Shown piece by piece: positions 22,960 through 32,973 of a stretch of 64,000 nucleotides of DNA (positions within the stretch are counted from its first letter, which is position 1; every line of letters begins with the position of its first letter). Origin of the DNA: Planctomycetota bacterium (GTDB taxonomy: Bacteria; Planctomycetota; PLA2; JAEUHO01); the NCBI GenBank assembly GCA_050248855.1, contig JBFWRP010000001.1:32001-96000 (forward strand), written 5' to 3'. Below the pieces are notes generated by a model. The model did no database searches, was not told the DNA's origin, and saw nothing but the letters and a program-made list of their open reading frames with translations. Made by a program: the position numbers and the translations under genes.

Positions 22960-25211
22960 AGCCCGAACTCCTCGTCGGCGAGCTTGTCGGTCGGGCTCAG
23001 GTCGTCCGTCAGAACGGGGTCGCGGGGCGAGGGAACGAAGCGGGTCGCGAGCCGCTCCACGGCGAACACGGCCTCCCCGAGCGCCGGAGGCGGGGGGGCG
23101 TGGGCCCCCACCCGCGGCCCCCCCACCGCGCCGGGCGAGCTCCAGAGGATCACGTTGCCCGCGAAGTACGGGTTGGGCACGAGCCACGTGGCACCGAACA
23201 CCGACCCCAAGGTGGTGGCGATCGCGGCCGCCACGCGGCTCTCGGCGCCTTGGCCGAGCACGTTGACGCCGACCCACCCACCCGGCTCCAGGTGGTCGCG
23301 GACGCGCTCGAAGAACTCGCGTGTCGCCACCTGGAACGGCACGTAGTTGGTGCGCGCATAGGCGTCGACCAGCACGAGGTCGAAGCGTCGCTCGGCGGGC
23401 AGCGCGTTGACGATCGTGCGACCGTCCTCGTTCGTCACCAGCTCGAGACGCTCGTCCTCCAGCTCGTCGTGCGCGAGGTAGCCGCGCGCCACGTCGACCA
23501 CGCCCGGGTCGATCTCCACGGCCAGGCAGCGCACGGGAACGCCCGCAGGCGCCGTCGCGCGCAGCGTGCGCCACACGGTGCCCCCGGCATGGCCGATCAG
23601 GAGCACGTCGATCACGCCGTCTGCCGGCTTGGGCACGAAGTGCGCGCCGACCGCCATGGACTCGAAGTAGCGCCCGCCGGTGAGCACCGTGTCGCCGCGC
23701 GCCTCGAGCAGCGCACTCTGGTAGGTCTCGGCGTCCTCGTCATGACGCAGGAAGCGCGTGGGCACGGTCAACCGCGACTTCCAGCTGGCCGGCGAGCCGG
23801 ACGCGGGGTCGATCGCATCCATCGGGGCCTCGACGACGCGCACGGTCTGGTAGGGCGTCTCGACCTCCACGAGCTGCCCCGGCTGCAGCCGCAGTGGACC
23901 CCCGCGCACGACGACGTAGGCGCCGGGCACCACGAGCCCGACGACCGCCACGACCAGCCGCGCCCACGGCCAGGGCCGCGTCGCGAGCAGGACCGCGGCG
24001 AGCAGCAGCAGCCCGGCCATGAGCAGGAACGTCTCCCGCGAGCCCAGCGTCGGCACGAGCAGGGGGGCCGTCAGCACGCAGCCCAGCAGCCCCCCCACCG
24101 TGTTGGCGGCCAGGAGACGGCCGACGTCGCGCTGGCCCCGGGCCGCGGCCAGCAGCGGCAGCGCAGCCCCCAGCGCCACGAGGCCCGGCGCCAGCAACAG
24201 CAGGGCGCCGCCGATGCTCCCGGCGAACGCCACGGGCAACACGACCAGGCTCTGCAGCCCGTCGGGCACCAGGTGGCTCATCCAGGGCGTGGCCAGCGCC
24301 GCGGGCAGGGCCGCTGCGGGTACGCCCAACGCCAGCAGCGTCACCAGGGCGCCCCGCGGGTCCGCGCGCGACGACCACCGCCCGCCAAGCGCGCTGCCCA
24401 GCGCCAGCGCGAGCAGGCAGGTCGCGATGACCGCAGCCCACACGTGGTTGCTCTGGCCGACCCAGGGGCTCATCAAGCGCACGCCGCCGACCTCGAGCAC
24501 CGTGATGGCCAAGCCGGTGACCAGCGCCGTGCCGAGTGCCGGTCCTCGCCGGAGCTGCCCCGACGCGGGTGCCGCAGCCGGCGCCGCCTCGTGGCCCGTC
24601 GGCGTGCCCCGCGCGCGTGCCGCAGCAGCGAGCGCGGCGTCAAGGCCGACAAGCCCGATCACGACCCACCAGCTGCCGCGCGTGCCGAAGGTGGGGATCC
24701 ACTCGAGCGGCACGACCCAGCACGCCAGCAGGCTGCCCAGCGTGCCGAGCGCGACGAACCGTCCGGTGGCGCCCCCCGCGCGCCCGCTCGAAGCGGCGCG
24801 CGCCACGACGAACGGTGTCGTCATCGCCAAGAGGGCGCACGGAAGCGCATGGAGGACGAGACAAGCGCCGACGACGCCGAAGCGCCCCAAGGGCCACGCG
24901 CTTGGATCGAGGCCCCCCCGGGGGCCCAGCGCGGCCGCGATGTCCGGCCCGAACAGGGCGACGCCCACGAGCCACAGCGCGGCCGCGGCATGGGCGCCGG
25001 CGAGCGCGCGCTCGCTCCGCGCGCGGCTCCCCCACCGTCCCCCGAGCGCGTACCCCACCGCGAGCGCGAGCAGCAGCACGCCGATGACGGCGCTCCACAC
25101 GTGGACGGACTGCCCGAACACCGGCGCCAGCTGGCGCTGGGCGACGAACTCGACGCCCAGGATCGCGAAGCCGTTGAGGAACACCAACAGGGCGCGACGG
25201 AGGGTCGTCAA
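22956..25211 (-). CDS. Fused MFS-like membrane domain / spermidine-synthase-like SAM-binding protein
   Basis: Two repeats of FG.SV.VW..VI membrane units; IGHAGG, VEIDP, DGR, FDLVLVDAY, TREFF, VLTDD; TTG start with SD GGAGGAG. Confidence 0.88.
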   Translation of the reverse strand: MTTLRRALLVFLNGFAILGVEFVAQRQLAPVFGQSVHVWSAVIGVLLLALAVGYALGGRWGSRARSERALAGAHAAAALWLVGVALFGPDIAAALGPRGGLDPSAWPLGRFGVVGACLVLHALPCALLAMTTPFVVARAASSGRAGGATGRFVALGTLGSLLACWVVPLEWIPTFGTRGSWWVVIGLVGLDAALAAAARARGTPTGHEAAPAAAPASGQLRRGPALGTALVTGLAITVLEVGGVRLMSPWVGQSNHVWAAVIATCLLALALGSALGGRWSSRADPRGALVTLLALGVPAAALPAALATPWMSHLVPDGLQSLVVLPVAFAGSIGGALLLLAPGLVALGAALPLLAAARGQRDVGRLLAANTVGGLLGCVLTAPLLVPTLGSRETFLLMAGLLLLAAVLLATRPWPWARLVVAVVGLVVPGAYVVVRGGPLRLQPGQLVEVETPYQTVRVVEAPMDAIDPASGSPASWKSRLTVPTRFLRHDEDAETYQSALLEARGDTVLTGGRYFESMAVGAHFVPKPADGVIDVLLIGHAGGTVWRTLRATAPAGVPVRCLAVEIDPGVVDVARGYLAHDELEDERLELVTNEDGRTIVNALPAERRFDLVLVDAYARTNYVPFQVATREFFERVRDHLEPGGWVGVNVLGQGAESRVAAAIATTLGSVFGATWLVPNPYFAGNVILWSSPGAVGGPRVGAHAPPPPALGEAVFAVERLATRFVPSPRDPVLTDDLSPTDKLADEEFGL

Positions 25212-25329
25212 GTCGCTCCTCCGCCCTCGCTACCTGCCAAGGGCCCGGGAGGACTCCCCGGGCCAAGACGTCGGCCTGCGTGGCCAGGCCGCTCCGAAGG
25301 ACATCTCGGAAGCCCTGCCAGACGTCCGC

Positions 25330-26955
25330 CTACTTGCCGTCGAGCTGTTCCAGCAGCTTGCGCGCTTCCTCGTGGCTGGGCGTTTCCGGCATCTCCAGGA
25401 TCTTCTGCAGCAGGTCCTTGGCGCGGTCGGGGTTGGCGTCCTTCATGTCCTTCGCCTTGCCCAGCAGGCGGGCGCAGTCGGCGACCTGCTTCTCGGTGGC
25501 GGTCGGGCCGGCGCTGGCCTCGGCGCCGCCCGCGGAGCCCTCGGTCGTGGCCTCGGCGGGAGCCGGCACGGGGATGCGCACGAAGTACGCGCTGCGCAGC
25601 CAGCCGTAGTACCGGTCCTTGCGTACGTCCATCGGGTTCTGCCCGCCGCGACGCTGGAACATGGCGTCGAAGTCGCGCTTGACGACCGCCATGCGCTCGT
25701 CCAGCTGCAGGGCCTCGTCCTTCACGAGGACGCCGTTGATGACGATGCGCACCGGGCGATCCAGGTCGACCAGGTTGTCGCCGAGGAAGATCGACAGCTC
25801 CGACATCCCCTTGGCGGTGATCTTCACCGTGTTCGGGTGGTCCGCGGTATCCACGATCTCGACGTGCATCGACCGCTCGTCTTCGTCCCAGAGCGCCTGA
25901 TCCACGTTGACGAACCAAGCCAGCTGCTGGTCGTTCTCGCGCAGCACCCAGTCGAACGACTTGGGCTCCTGGCGGCGTTGCTGCGCCATCCACGCCGGGG
26001 CGTCGGCGGCCTTGCCCTCGGTGACGTTCGGGTGCCCGGCGTCGCGCAGCGCCTTGGCCAGCGCCGGCTGGTCGACCACGTACAGCGGGACCGCATGGAA
26101 GTTGGTCACGCACGCCTGCAGCTTGGGCGTGTCCAGGGCCCCCTCACGCAGGACGGCGCCCGCAAACAACCACGGCGAGCCCGTCAGCCAGAGCAGCGCA
26201 TCCTGCCCACCGTCGAGGATGATGCGATCGAAGTCGACGTGGTAGCTCTGGTACACGCGCACGAGCGGCAGCAGCACGCGCTCCGCGCGGATCTTGCCGT
26301 TCTCGCTGTAGGCCGCCGCGGCCGCGATGGGCACGGCGATGAGCCAGTCCTTCTGGATGTCGGGCGCAAGGTCCTTCGACCAGCGCGCCGCCACGAGCTC
26401 CCTGCCGGCGCCGTCCCCCGCGCGGTCCTTGCCGTGCATCGAGTACACGAGCGGCCACGGACCGGGGCGCTCGTAGCTCTCGAAGTCCTTGTTGCGCTTG
26501 GGGTAGGAGTCCGGCGGCCGGACGTGCACCCAGAGTTCGCGGCTCTTCAGCTCGAAGCCGTGGAACTTGTTGTGGTCCGTGTAGGCCAGCTCGTTGGCCT
26601 TGTACCACTTGCTGTCGTCCATCTGCGGCTCGAACGAGCGGCTCTGGTCGACGAGCCAGCGGAGGAACGGCGGGTCGGCCAGCGGATACTGCTTCTTCTT
26701 GGCGAGTGCTTCGAGCTCGGCCAGGAACGGCTTGCGCCCCACCCAGGCATCCTCGAGCAGGTCGAAGTACGTGCGCGCGGCGGAGACCAGGTCCTTCAGG
26801 GACTTGCGGTCCTTGGGATCCGTCGGCAGCGCGGTGCCACCGGGATCCTCGGCCACCGCCGGTCGAGCGGCAGGCGCCCACAGACCCGCCGCCGCCACGA
26901 GGGCGAGCAGGCAGGTGCGAAGGCGGTTGGACCAGCGGAGAGGGGCTTGCGTCAT
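25330..26955 (-). CDS. Secreted alpha/beta-hydrolase-fold-like protein lacking the catalytic Ser
   Basis: Signal peptide; PDSY...PLVYSMHG...IAVP...YHVDFDRIILDG...FAG; C-terminal VDLDRPVRIVING; start set at ATG 26955. Confidence 0.65.
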   Translation of the reverse strand: MTQAPLRWSNRLRTCLLALVAAAGLWAPAARPAVAEDPGGTALPTDPKDRKSLKDLVSAARTYFDLLEDAWVGRKPFLAELEALAKKKQYPLADPPFLRWLVDQSRSFEPQMDDSKWYKANELAYTDHNKFHGFELKSRELWVHVRPPDSYPKRNKDFESYERPGPWPLVYSMHGKDRAGDGAGRELVAARWSKDLAPDIQKDWLIAVPIAAAAAYSENGKIRAERVLLPLVRVYQSYHVDFDRIILDGGQDALLWLTGSPWLFAGAVLREGALDTPKLQACVTNFHAVPLYVVDQPALAKALRDAGHPNVTEGKAADAPAWMAQQRRQEPKSFDWVLRENDQQLAWFVNVDQALWDEDERSMHVEIVDTADHPNTVKITAKGMSELSIFLGDNLVDLDRPVRIVINGVLVKDEALQLDERMAVVKRDFDAMFQRRGGQNPMDVRKDRYYGWLRSAYFVRIPVPAPAEATTEGSAGGAEASAGPTATEKQVADCARLLGKAKDMKDANPDRAKDLLQKILEMPETPSHEEARKLLEQLDGK

Positions 26956-27172
26956 GTGAGCTCCGGGGCGAGGCGATCGGGAATCGGCAGGCCGGGCCGC
27001 ACGACCCGCTTGGGCGAGCCGCAAGGTCTTGAGCCGCAGGCGCGCACGCCCGAGGCCGTGCCGCCGGCGCGAGGTCTGCCGGTGAGCGCCAACCTTACCG
27101 AAGAGGGGCGCCCAAGGGAGGCCTCCATCGGAACGCTCGTCCGGCCCCGATGCATCCGGGCCGCCCGGCGGG

Positions 27173-28783
27173 TCACCGGGGCGTCGCGTCCCGCAGCGCC
27201 CGCCAGGCCCGCCCCATGAGGAGGCGGTAGGGGCTGGTGCGCTCGCCCCTGGCACGCGCCGAGGCCAGGGCGGCCTCCAGATGGCCCAGGGCCTCCCGCG
27301 GCCGACCGGCCTCGAGGTGGCGCCGCGCGGCGTTCTGGTGCGCGGAGAGGTGCCCGGCGTCCAGCTCCAGCGCCTCCTGGAAGGCCGCAAGCGCACCGAC
27401 CTCGTCACCCGCGGCCGAGCGGGCCAGGCCGCGGTCCGAGCGGATGTCCGGGTCGTAGGGGTCCAGCTCGACCGCCCGGTCGTAGGCCGCCACGGCCTCG
27501 CTGGCCTGGCCGCCGACCCGGAGCGTGTTGCCCAGGTTGGCCCATGCCGTCGGGTCGTCCTCGCGCGCCGCGACGAGGGCCTCCTGGGCGCGCAGGCAGC
27601 GCGCGAGCAGGCGCCCGTCCGGGGCGTCCCGGTGCAGGTTCTCGTAGTCGGCGCCGGCGATGGCCCAGAGCAGGTCGCCCGCTGCCGTGGACTCCGGATC
27701 GCGCCCGAGCTCGGCGACGGCCAGCTCGACGGCTTCGTCGAGATCACCGGGCTTGCCCCGGGCCGCCAAGCGCGTGGCCAGCGCGGCGTCCGCACCTGCA
27801 ACCTGGGCATCGCGCCTCTTGAGCGCCCGCCAGGCCTCGATGGCCTCTTCGTTGCGCCCGGCCATCCCCAGCGCCTCGGCCCGGGTCGCTTCCAGGCTCG
27901 CCGGGGCGGTCCCCGCGTGCACCAGCGGCGCCAGCGCATCGGCCAAGGGGGCAGCGGCCTCGGCAAAGCGTGCGGCGCGCAGCGCCTCGGCCTGCAGCGC
28001 CGCATCGTCCGGGGAGGCCGCCAACAGCTGTCCGTACAGGCGCGCCGTCTGCATGGCATCGCGTGCCGCCGCGTACGAAGCCGCCGCCCCATGCACGTTG
28101 CCGGCCTCGAGGAACGCCTCGGCCGCGCCGCGGGCGTCCCCGGCCGCGTGCCGGGCGCGGGCCAAGGCGTCGGCAACCGGCTGGCGCCAACGCTCCGGCA
28201 GGCTGCCGCGATCCACGCGACCCAGTCGTTGCGCGGCGCCTTCGGCGTCGCCCCGCAAGGTCCGCGCCCAGCCCTCGGTGAAGAGGGCGCGCGCCCGCAG
28301 CTCGCCATCCAGGCCCTCTCCGTCCACGTGCTGCGCCCAGAGAGGTGCCAAGGCGTCGAGGGCGTCGGCCAGGAGCGTCGTCACGCCAAGGCCCCGCGTC
28401 ACGCCCGCGCTGATGCGACGCTGCGCTTGGCGCAGCAGGTTCTCCGCCAGCGCGATGCGGTCCGCCGGGTCGCCACGCTCGCGGACGAGCCAGCCGCGCG
28501 CGTCCAGCGCGGCGGCGTCCTCGCCGCGCGCTTCGAGTCGAGCTGCCCAGGCCGCCTCGACACGTGCAGCGTCCTCGCCGCCGATCGCGCCGCTCGCCAC
28601 CTCGTCGACGAGCGCGCGCAGCGGGGCATCCTCGTTCGCCGCGACGGCCGCGTCGAAGCGCGCCGGGAAGTCGGCCGCCTCCTCGCCGGCGTGGACACGA
28701 GCCGAGGCGTGGAGCATCGCACCCAAGGCCAGAGCGGCAGCCCACAGGGGGTGGCAGCGCATCAGCGGAGTCCTCCTACTCAC
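27173..28783 (-). CDS. Secreted tetratricopeptide repeat protein
   Basis: AWANLGNTLR..G...EAVAAYDRAVELDP TPR units; signal peptide. Confidence 0.85.
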   Translation of the reverse strand: MSRRTPLMRCHPLWAAALALGAMLHASARVHAGEEAADFPARFDAAVAANEDAPLRALVDEVASGAIGGEDAARVEAAWAARLEARGEDAAALDARGWLVRERGDPADRIALAENLLRQAQRRISAGVTRGLGVTTLLADALDALAPLWAQHVDGEGLDGELRARALFTEGWARTLRGDAEGAAQRLGRVDRGSLPERWRQPVADALARARHAAGDARGAAEAFLEAGNVHGAAASYAAARDAMQTARLYGQLLAASPDDAALQAEALRAARFAEAAAPLADALAPLVHAGTAPASLEATRAEALGMAGRNEEAIEAWRALKRRDAQVAGADAALATRLAARGKPGDLDEAVELAVAELGRDPESTAAGDLLWAIAGADYENLHRDAPDGRLLARCLRAQEALVAAREDDPTAWANLGNTLRVGGQASEAVAAYDRAVELDPYDPDIRSDRGLARSAAGDEVGALAAFQEALELDAGHLSAHQNAARRHLEAGRPREALGHLEAALASARARGERTSPYRLLMGRAWRALRDATPR

Positions 28784-29954
28784 CGAACGTGAACGTCACG
28801 CGATGCACGACGCGGGCGACGGTCGTGTCCTCCACGTCGTCGGGTCCTTCGCCAGCCTTCAGGCTGTCCTCGACGAGCGCGTCGCGCGGCGTGAGCCGGT
28901 ACACGAGCCAGGCCTCGCCCCGTCCCTTCGGAAGGTCCGTCACGAAGCGCCCCGGGCCCTCGCCAAGCGTCGACACACGCGCCAACGGCGGGATCTGCGT
29001 GTCGTTCTTGCCCGAGCCCCGATAGAACTTGCGGAACTTGGCGAGGAACGACCGTTCCTGGTCGGCACGCTTGAGCGGGTCCAGCACGACGCGCCCGTCG
29101 GCGTCCCACAGCTTGATGTACGTGTCGAACGAGCGGTGGCGTGCATCGGTCGGGATGGCGTGCCCGGCCCCGCGGTTGGTGACGAAGACCTCGATCTCGA
29201 ACCCCCCGCCGTCGGCAGGTCGGACGTCGACGTCCAGCGCCGAGGCGCGCTGCAGCATCGCGAAGCTGTGCCCGCCGCGCCACGTGTGGCTCCGCCCCTT
29301 GCGTACCACGCCACCGGGAACCAGCGGACGCTCGACCTCCGGCATGTGGCACGTGATGCAGGTCTCGGCGGGCCGCTGGCGTGGGAGGGGCGCCTCGGGG
29401 GCATAGGGTCCGGCCAGCCACTCGTTGCCCGTGTCGTGCTGGTTGTGGCACGGGAAGCAGATCTTCACGACGTCCCGCTGGCGCGGGTCGCCCACCGGAC
29501 GACACGCCCCCTCGAGGCCGCCGAACGGGCCGGCTACGTTCGCACCATCCTGATGGCACGAGAGGCACGAGATGGCATCCTCGCGCCGCGACGCGCGAGC
29601 GACCGGGGTCTCGAACTGCGCTTCACGCAGCGACACGGGCGCGTGGCAGCGGATGCACTCCTCCTTGTTGACGACGTCCTCGGAGAGCTCGAGGAAGAGC
29701 GGGTCGGACATGGCCTGGCCGTGGAAGGACTGCTTCCACTCCTCGTAGATCGCGCCGTGGCAACGACCGCAGGCCTCGGCCGAGAGGAACGCGGGCTCCG
29801 CGGGCGCGGGGAGTCCATCGACGGGGCCCGCCGACGGGTCGGACGGTGCGCTCTCGGGGGGTGCCTTCGGCGTGGGCTCGCCGCACGCGATGGGCAACGC
29901 GGCGAGGAGGATCACCAACGGCAGCAGATGGCGCGCGGCCCGACGGGGGGTCAT
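28776..29954 (-). CDS. Pentaheme c-type cytochrome lipoprotein (c554-like N-terminus)
   Basis: Five CxxCH motifs (CGRCH, CIRCH, CLSCH, CFPCH, CITCH); lipobox LPIAC; start ATG 29954 overlaps the upstream TGA. Confidence 0.9.
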   Translation of the reverse strand: MTPRRAARHLLPLVILLAALPIACGEPTPKAPPESAPSDPSAGPVDGLPAPAEPAFLSAEACGRCHGAIYEEWKQSFHGQAMSDPLFLELSEDVVNKEECIRCHAPVSLREAQFETPVARASRREDAISCLSCHQDGANVAGPFGGLEGACRPVGDPRQRDVVKICFPCHNQHDTGNEWLAGPYAPEAPLPRQRPAETCITCHMPEVERPLVPGGVVRKGRSHTWRGGHSFAMLQRASALDVDVRPADGGGFEIEVFVTNRGAGHAIPTDARHRSFDTYIKLWDADGRVVLDPLKRADQERSFLAKFRKFYRGSGKNDTQIPPLARVSTLGEGPGRFVTDLPKGRGEAWLVYRLTPRDALVEDSLKAGEGPDDVEDTTVARVVHRVTFTFGE

Positions 29955-31000
29955 GCAGCCTCCAAGGGGGTGACACGCGAAACGACGACGAGACCGACGG
30001 GCGCACCGGGCCGCGCGTCGACATCGGCCAGGGCCTCGACGCGCGTCCCGGCGACATCCGCGACGACGTGCGTGCCGTGGGCCGTCTCGAAGCGGTCGAC
30101 CACGGTCGCCGCCACGCCCTCGTGCGGCGCGCGCGCCCGCACGTCCGCAGGGCGCAGCGCAAGCCTGACCGCGCGACCGTCCGTGGCGCCGGGACCGCCT
30201 GCCGGCTCCAAGGGGCCGAGCACGGTATCGAGCGCGGTCCCGCGCCACGTTGCCGGCAGCAGCGTGACGGCGCCAAAGGCGCGCGCGGCGGCCTCGGTGC
30301 GCGGGGCCCGAAGGACGTCGCGCGGGACGCCCGACTCGGCCACACGGCCTGCCTCGAGGACGGCGACCTGGTCCGCGATCTCCAGGGCGTCATCGGGATC
30401 GTGCGTCACGAGGACGGCCGTGTGACGGCGCTCGCGGGCCAGCTCGCGCAACAAGGCACGCAGGGCTTGACGCCGCGTCGGGTCGACGTGGGCCAGGGGC
30501 TCGTCGTAGAGGACGAGCCCGGGCTCGGCGGCCAGCGTCCGGGCGATGGCGACGCGCTGCCGCTCGCCACCGGACAGCGCGCCCGGCCGGCGTCGTGCAA
30601 GCGCGGGCGGCAAGCCGACGCGATCGAACCACGCCGCGACCTCCGCACGACGACCGCGACCCGTCCCCGAGGCGCGCAGCGCAAACGCCACGTGATCGCC
30701 GGCCGTGAGGTGCGGCCAGAGCTCCAGGCCTTGGAACACGACGCCCACGCGACGCGCCTCCGGGGCCACGTGTACACCCTCGCCGTCCAGCAGGCGGTCG
30801 CCCAGACGCACGGTCCCGCTTCGCGGGCGCACGAGACCGGCCAACGCCCGCAGCAGCGTCGTCTTGCCGGCGCCACTCGTGCCGAGGAGCGCCAGCGTCG
30901 TCTCCGCCTCGTGGTCGAACGTGATGCCATGGAGCACGGCCGGCGCAGCGGCGTGGGGCGCCACGACGAGCTCGCGTACGGAGAGGGACTGGCCGTTCAT
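29951..31000 (-). CDS. ABC transporter ATP-binding protein (FbpC/PotA-like, C-terminal TOBE-like region)
   Basis: GTSGAGKTT, LSGGERQRV, LYDEP, LVTHD; start ATG 31000. Confidence 0.92.
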   Translation of the reverse strand: MNGQSLSVRELVVAPHAAAPAVLHGITFDHEAETTLALLGTSGAGKTTLLRALAGLVRPRSGTVRLGDRLLDGEGVHVAPEARRVGVVFQGLELWPHLTAGDHVAFALRASGTGRGRRAEVAAWFDRVGLPPALARRRPGALSGGERQRVAIARTLAAEPGLVLYDEPLAHVDPTRRQALRALLRELARERRHTAVLVTHDPDDALEIADQVAVLEAGRVAESGVPRDVLRAPRTEAAARAFGAVTLLPATWRGTALDTVLGPLEPAGGPGATDGRAVRLALRPADVRARAPHEGVAATVVDRFETAHGTHVVADVAGTRVEALADVDARPGAPVGLVVVSRVTPLEAA

Positions 31001-32973
31001 CGGGAACCTCGCTCGGCCAGCGCGTTCCACGCGGCGTCGACCTGCGCTCGCGTGACGTGGCGGGCCGTCTCGTCCCCCGGCTCCGACTGCGCGTCGTGGA
31101 CGTGGGCCGGGAGGTCGAGGGCGCGCCGCAGCAGATCCCACCACGCGTGGCGCTGCTCGCGCGTCGGGGCCGCGAGGCCGGCCGCGACAACGCCCCACAC
31201 CGCCTGCGGGCCCTCCTGCACCAGGCGCCCCACGGTCCAGGCCCGCTGGGCGTCGCGTCCGTCCGGTGCAAGGTCCGCCAGGGCCTTCGCCACGCGCGCA
31301 TCGCGCGGCGCGCCCACGAGACCGCCGAGCGCCGCGACGCGCACCTCCTCCAGGGGATCCTGCAGCAAGCGCAGCAACACCTCGAGGGCCGCGGGTACGG
31401 TGCGCGCGTAGGCCCCCAGGGCGACCGCCGCGCGCGCGCGGACCATCGGCCGTGCGTCCGTGGCCAGGTCGTCGAGCGCGGGCACGGCGCGCGGATCGCG
31501 GACGAGACCCAGCGCGAGGGCGATCTCGCTGCGGGCCACGGGGCGGACGGCCGTGGCGGCGGCCTCGACGAGTGCCGGCGTCATCGGCGGACCGATCAGC
31601 TCGATGGCGGCCTTCGAGATGATGAAGCGGCGCGCGTCGTTCTCGCGCAGGTTGTGGACGAGCTGGCGCGAAGCGGCCTGGAACGAGGGCGCCGTCTCGT
31701 CGAACGCCGTGCGCAGGAGGTCGCCCTGGTCCCGGCGCTCGTGCCACCAAGCGGCCAAGGCCTCGAACGCCGCCTGACGCTGCGGGATGCCCGCATCGGG
31801 CGTGAAGCCGTGGGCGGGAGCGCCCGGCAGATGCCGCTCGAGCGCATCCGTCGCCTCCTGCAGGACGCGGATGCGGAAACGCGCGCGACGTGGATCCAGC
31901 TGGCGCTCGATCAAGTAGCCCGCCGCACGCGGTACGCCAAGGCGCAGCAAGGCTTCGCACGCCGCCGCATCGACGGCGAAGTAGTCGATGTTGGGCCACT
32001 CGCTCGCGGGGATGGGCGTGTCCGAGCTGCCGGGGTACTCCCAGCGATCGCGCGCGCGGATGCCGTCGCTCAGCACGCACAGGTGCCAGGCGAGGGCGGG
32101 TGCCGCCCCGGGGTCGCCGAGGTCGCCGAGCGCCGAAGCGGCCACCGTGCGCAGCCAGCCGTCGTCGGCGGCCAGCGCGCGCTCGAGATCCTCGCGCACG
32201 CGCGTGTCGCCCAGTCGACCCAGGGCCAGCGCCGCGCGGGCAGCGCGTGGCGTCCGACCGTCGGCGCCGGGGAGGTGGTTCGCCCTGCGCAGCGCGGCGA
32301 GGAGCACGTTGGCGGCGCGGCCCCGCAGCTCGTCGACGAGCCGATCGAGGCCGCGCGTCATGCGCTCGGCGTCGTCGGCCGACGCGTCGTCCAGCGCGGC
32401 GAGCGCCGGCGCCTCGCGCCGCAGGAGGTCGGTCACCGCCCCCACCGGCGAGGCGATCCCCTCCGCGAGGTCGGGGTGGAACGCCAAGTCCAGCATCAAG
32501 GCCTCCGCCACGGACGGCGAGGGGGGCCAGCGCCCCGTGATCCACGCGGGGTCGGTGTCGCGTGCGCCCAGCATCCACGCGGCGGTGGCGCGTGCGGCGC
32601 GTCGATCGGGGGCATCGACCTCGTCGGCGCGGGGCCAGGCGTCGCGGGCCGCGGCCGTCGCGAGCGATCCCACGTCCGCTTCGGTCAAGGCGCGGACCGC
32701 GAGGCCGAGCCCCACGTCGTCGTCAAACGCCGCCATGCGGGGCGCGACCTCCAGCGTGGCGACGGGGTCGGCAAGGCGCGGCTGCTCCAGGACGAGGGCC
32801 GCGGCTGCCAACCGCTCGGCGCGGCTTGCCGACTCCCGTAGGAGGCGGTCGAGCGCGACGCGGGCCTGGGAGGCCGGAGCCTCGCCGGCCCACGCGGGAG
32901 CACGTGGTCCGCCCGCCACGGCGCATGTCACCGCCAGCAGGCCTGCTGTCACCCAAGCGCGACGGTCATGCAT
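30997..32973 (-). CDS. Secreted HEAT-repeat protein
   Basis: Signal peptide; repeats such as AALALGRLGD, AASALGDLGD, VRARAAVALG; start set at ATG 32973. Confidence 0.75.
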   Translation of the reverse strand: MHDRRAWVTAGLLAVTCAVAGGPRAPAWAGEAPASQARVALDRLLRESASRAERLAAAALVLEQPRLADPVATLEVAPRMAAFDDDVGLGLAVRALTEADVGSLATAAARDAWPRADEVDAPDRRAARATAAWMLGARDTDPAWITGRWPPSPSVAEALMLDLAFHPDLAEGIASPVGAVTDLLRREAPALAALDDASADDAERMTRGLDRLVDELRGRAANVLLAALRRANHLPGADGRTPRAARAALALGRLGDTRVREDLERALAADDGWLRTVAASALGDLGDPGAAPALAWHLCVLSDGIRARDRWEYPGSSDTPIPASEWPNIDYFAVDAAACEALLRLGVPRAAGYLIERQLDPRRARFRIRVLQEATDALERHLPGAPAHGFTPDAGIPQRQAAFEALAAWWHERRDQGDLLRTAFDETAPSFQAASRQLVHNLRENDARRFIISKAAIELIGPPMTPALVEAAATAVRPVARSEIALALGLVRDPRAVPALDDLATDARPMVRARAAVALGAYARTVPAALEVLLRLLQDPLEEVRVAALGGLVGAPRDARVAKALADLAPDGRDAQRAWTVGRLVQEGPQAVWGVVAAGLAAPTREQRHAWWDLLRRALDLPAHVHDAQSEPGDETARHVTRAQVDAAWNALAERGSR

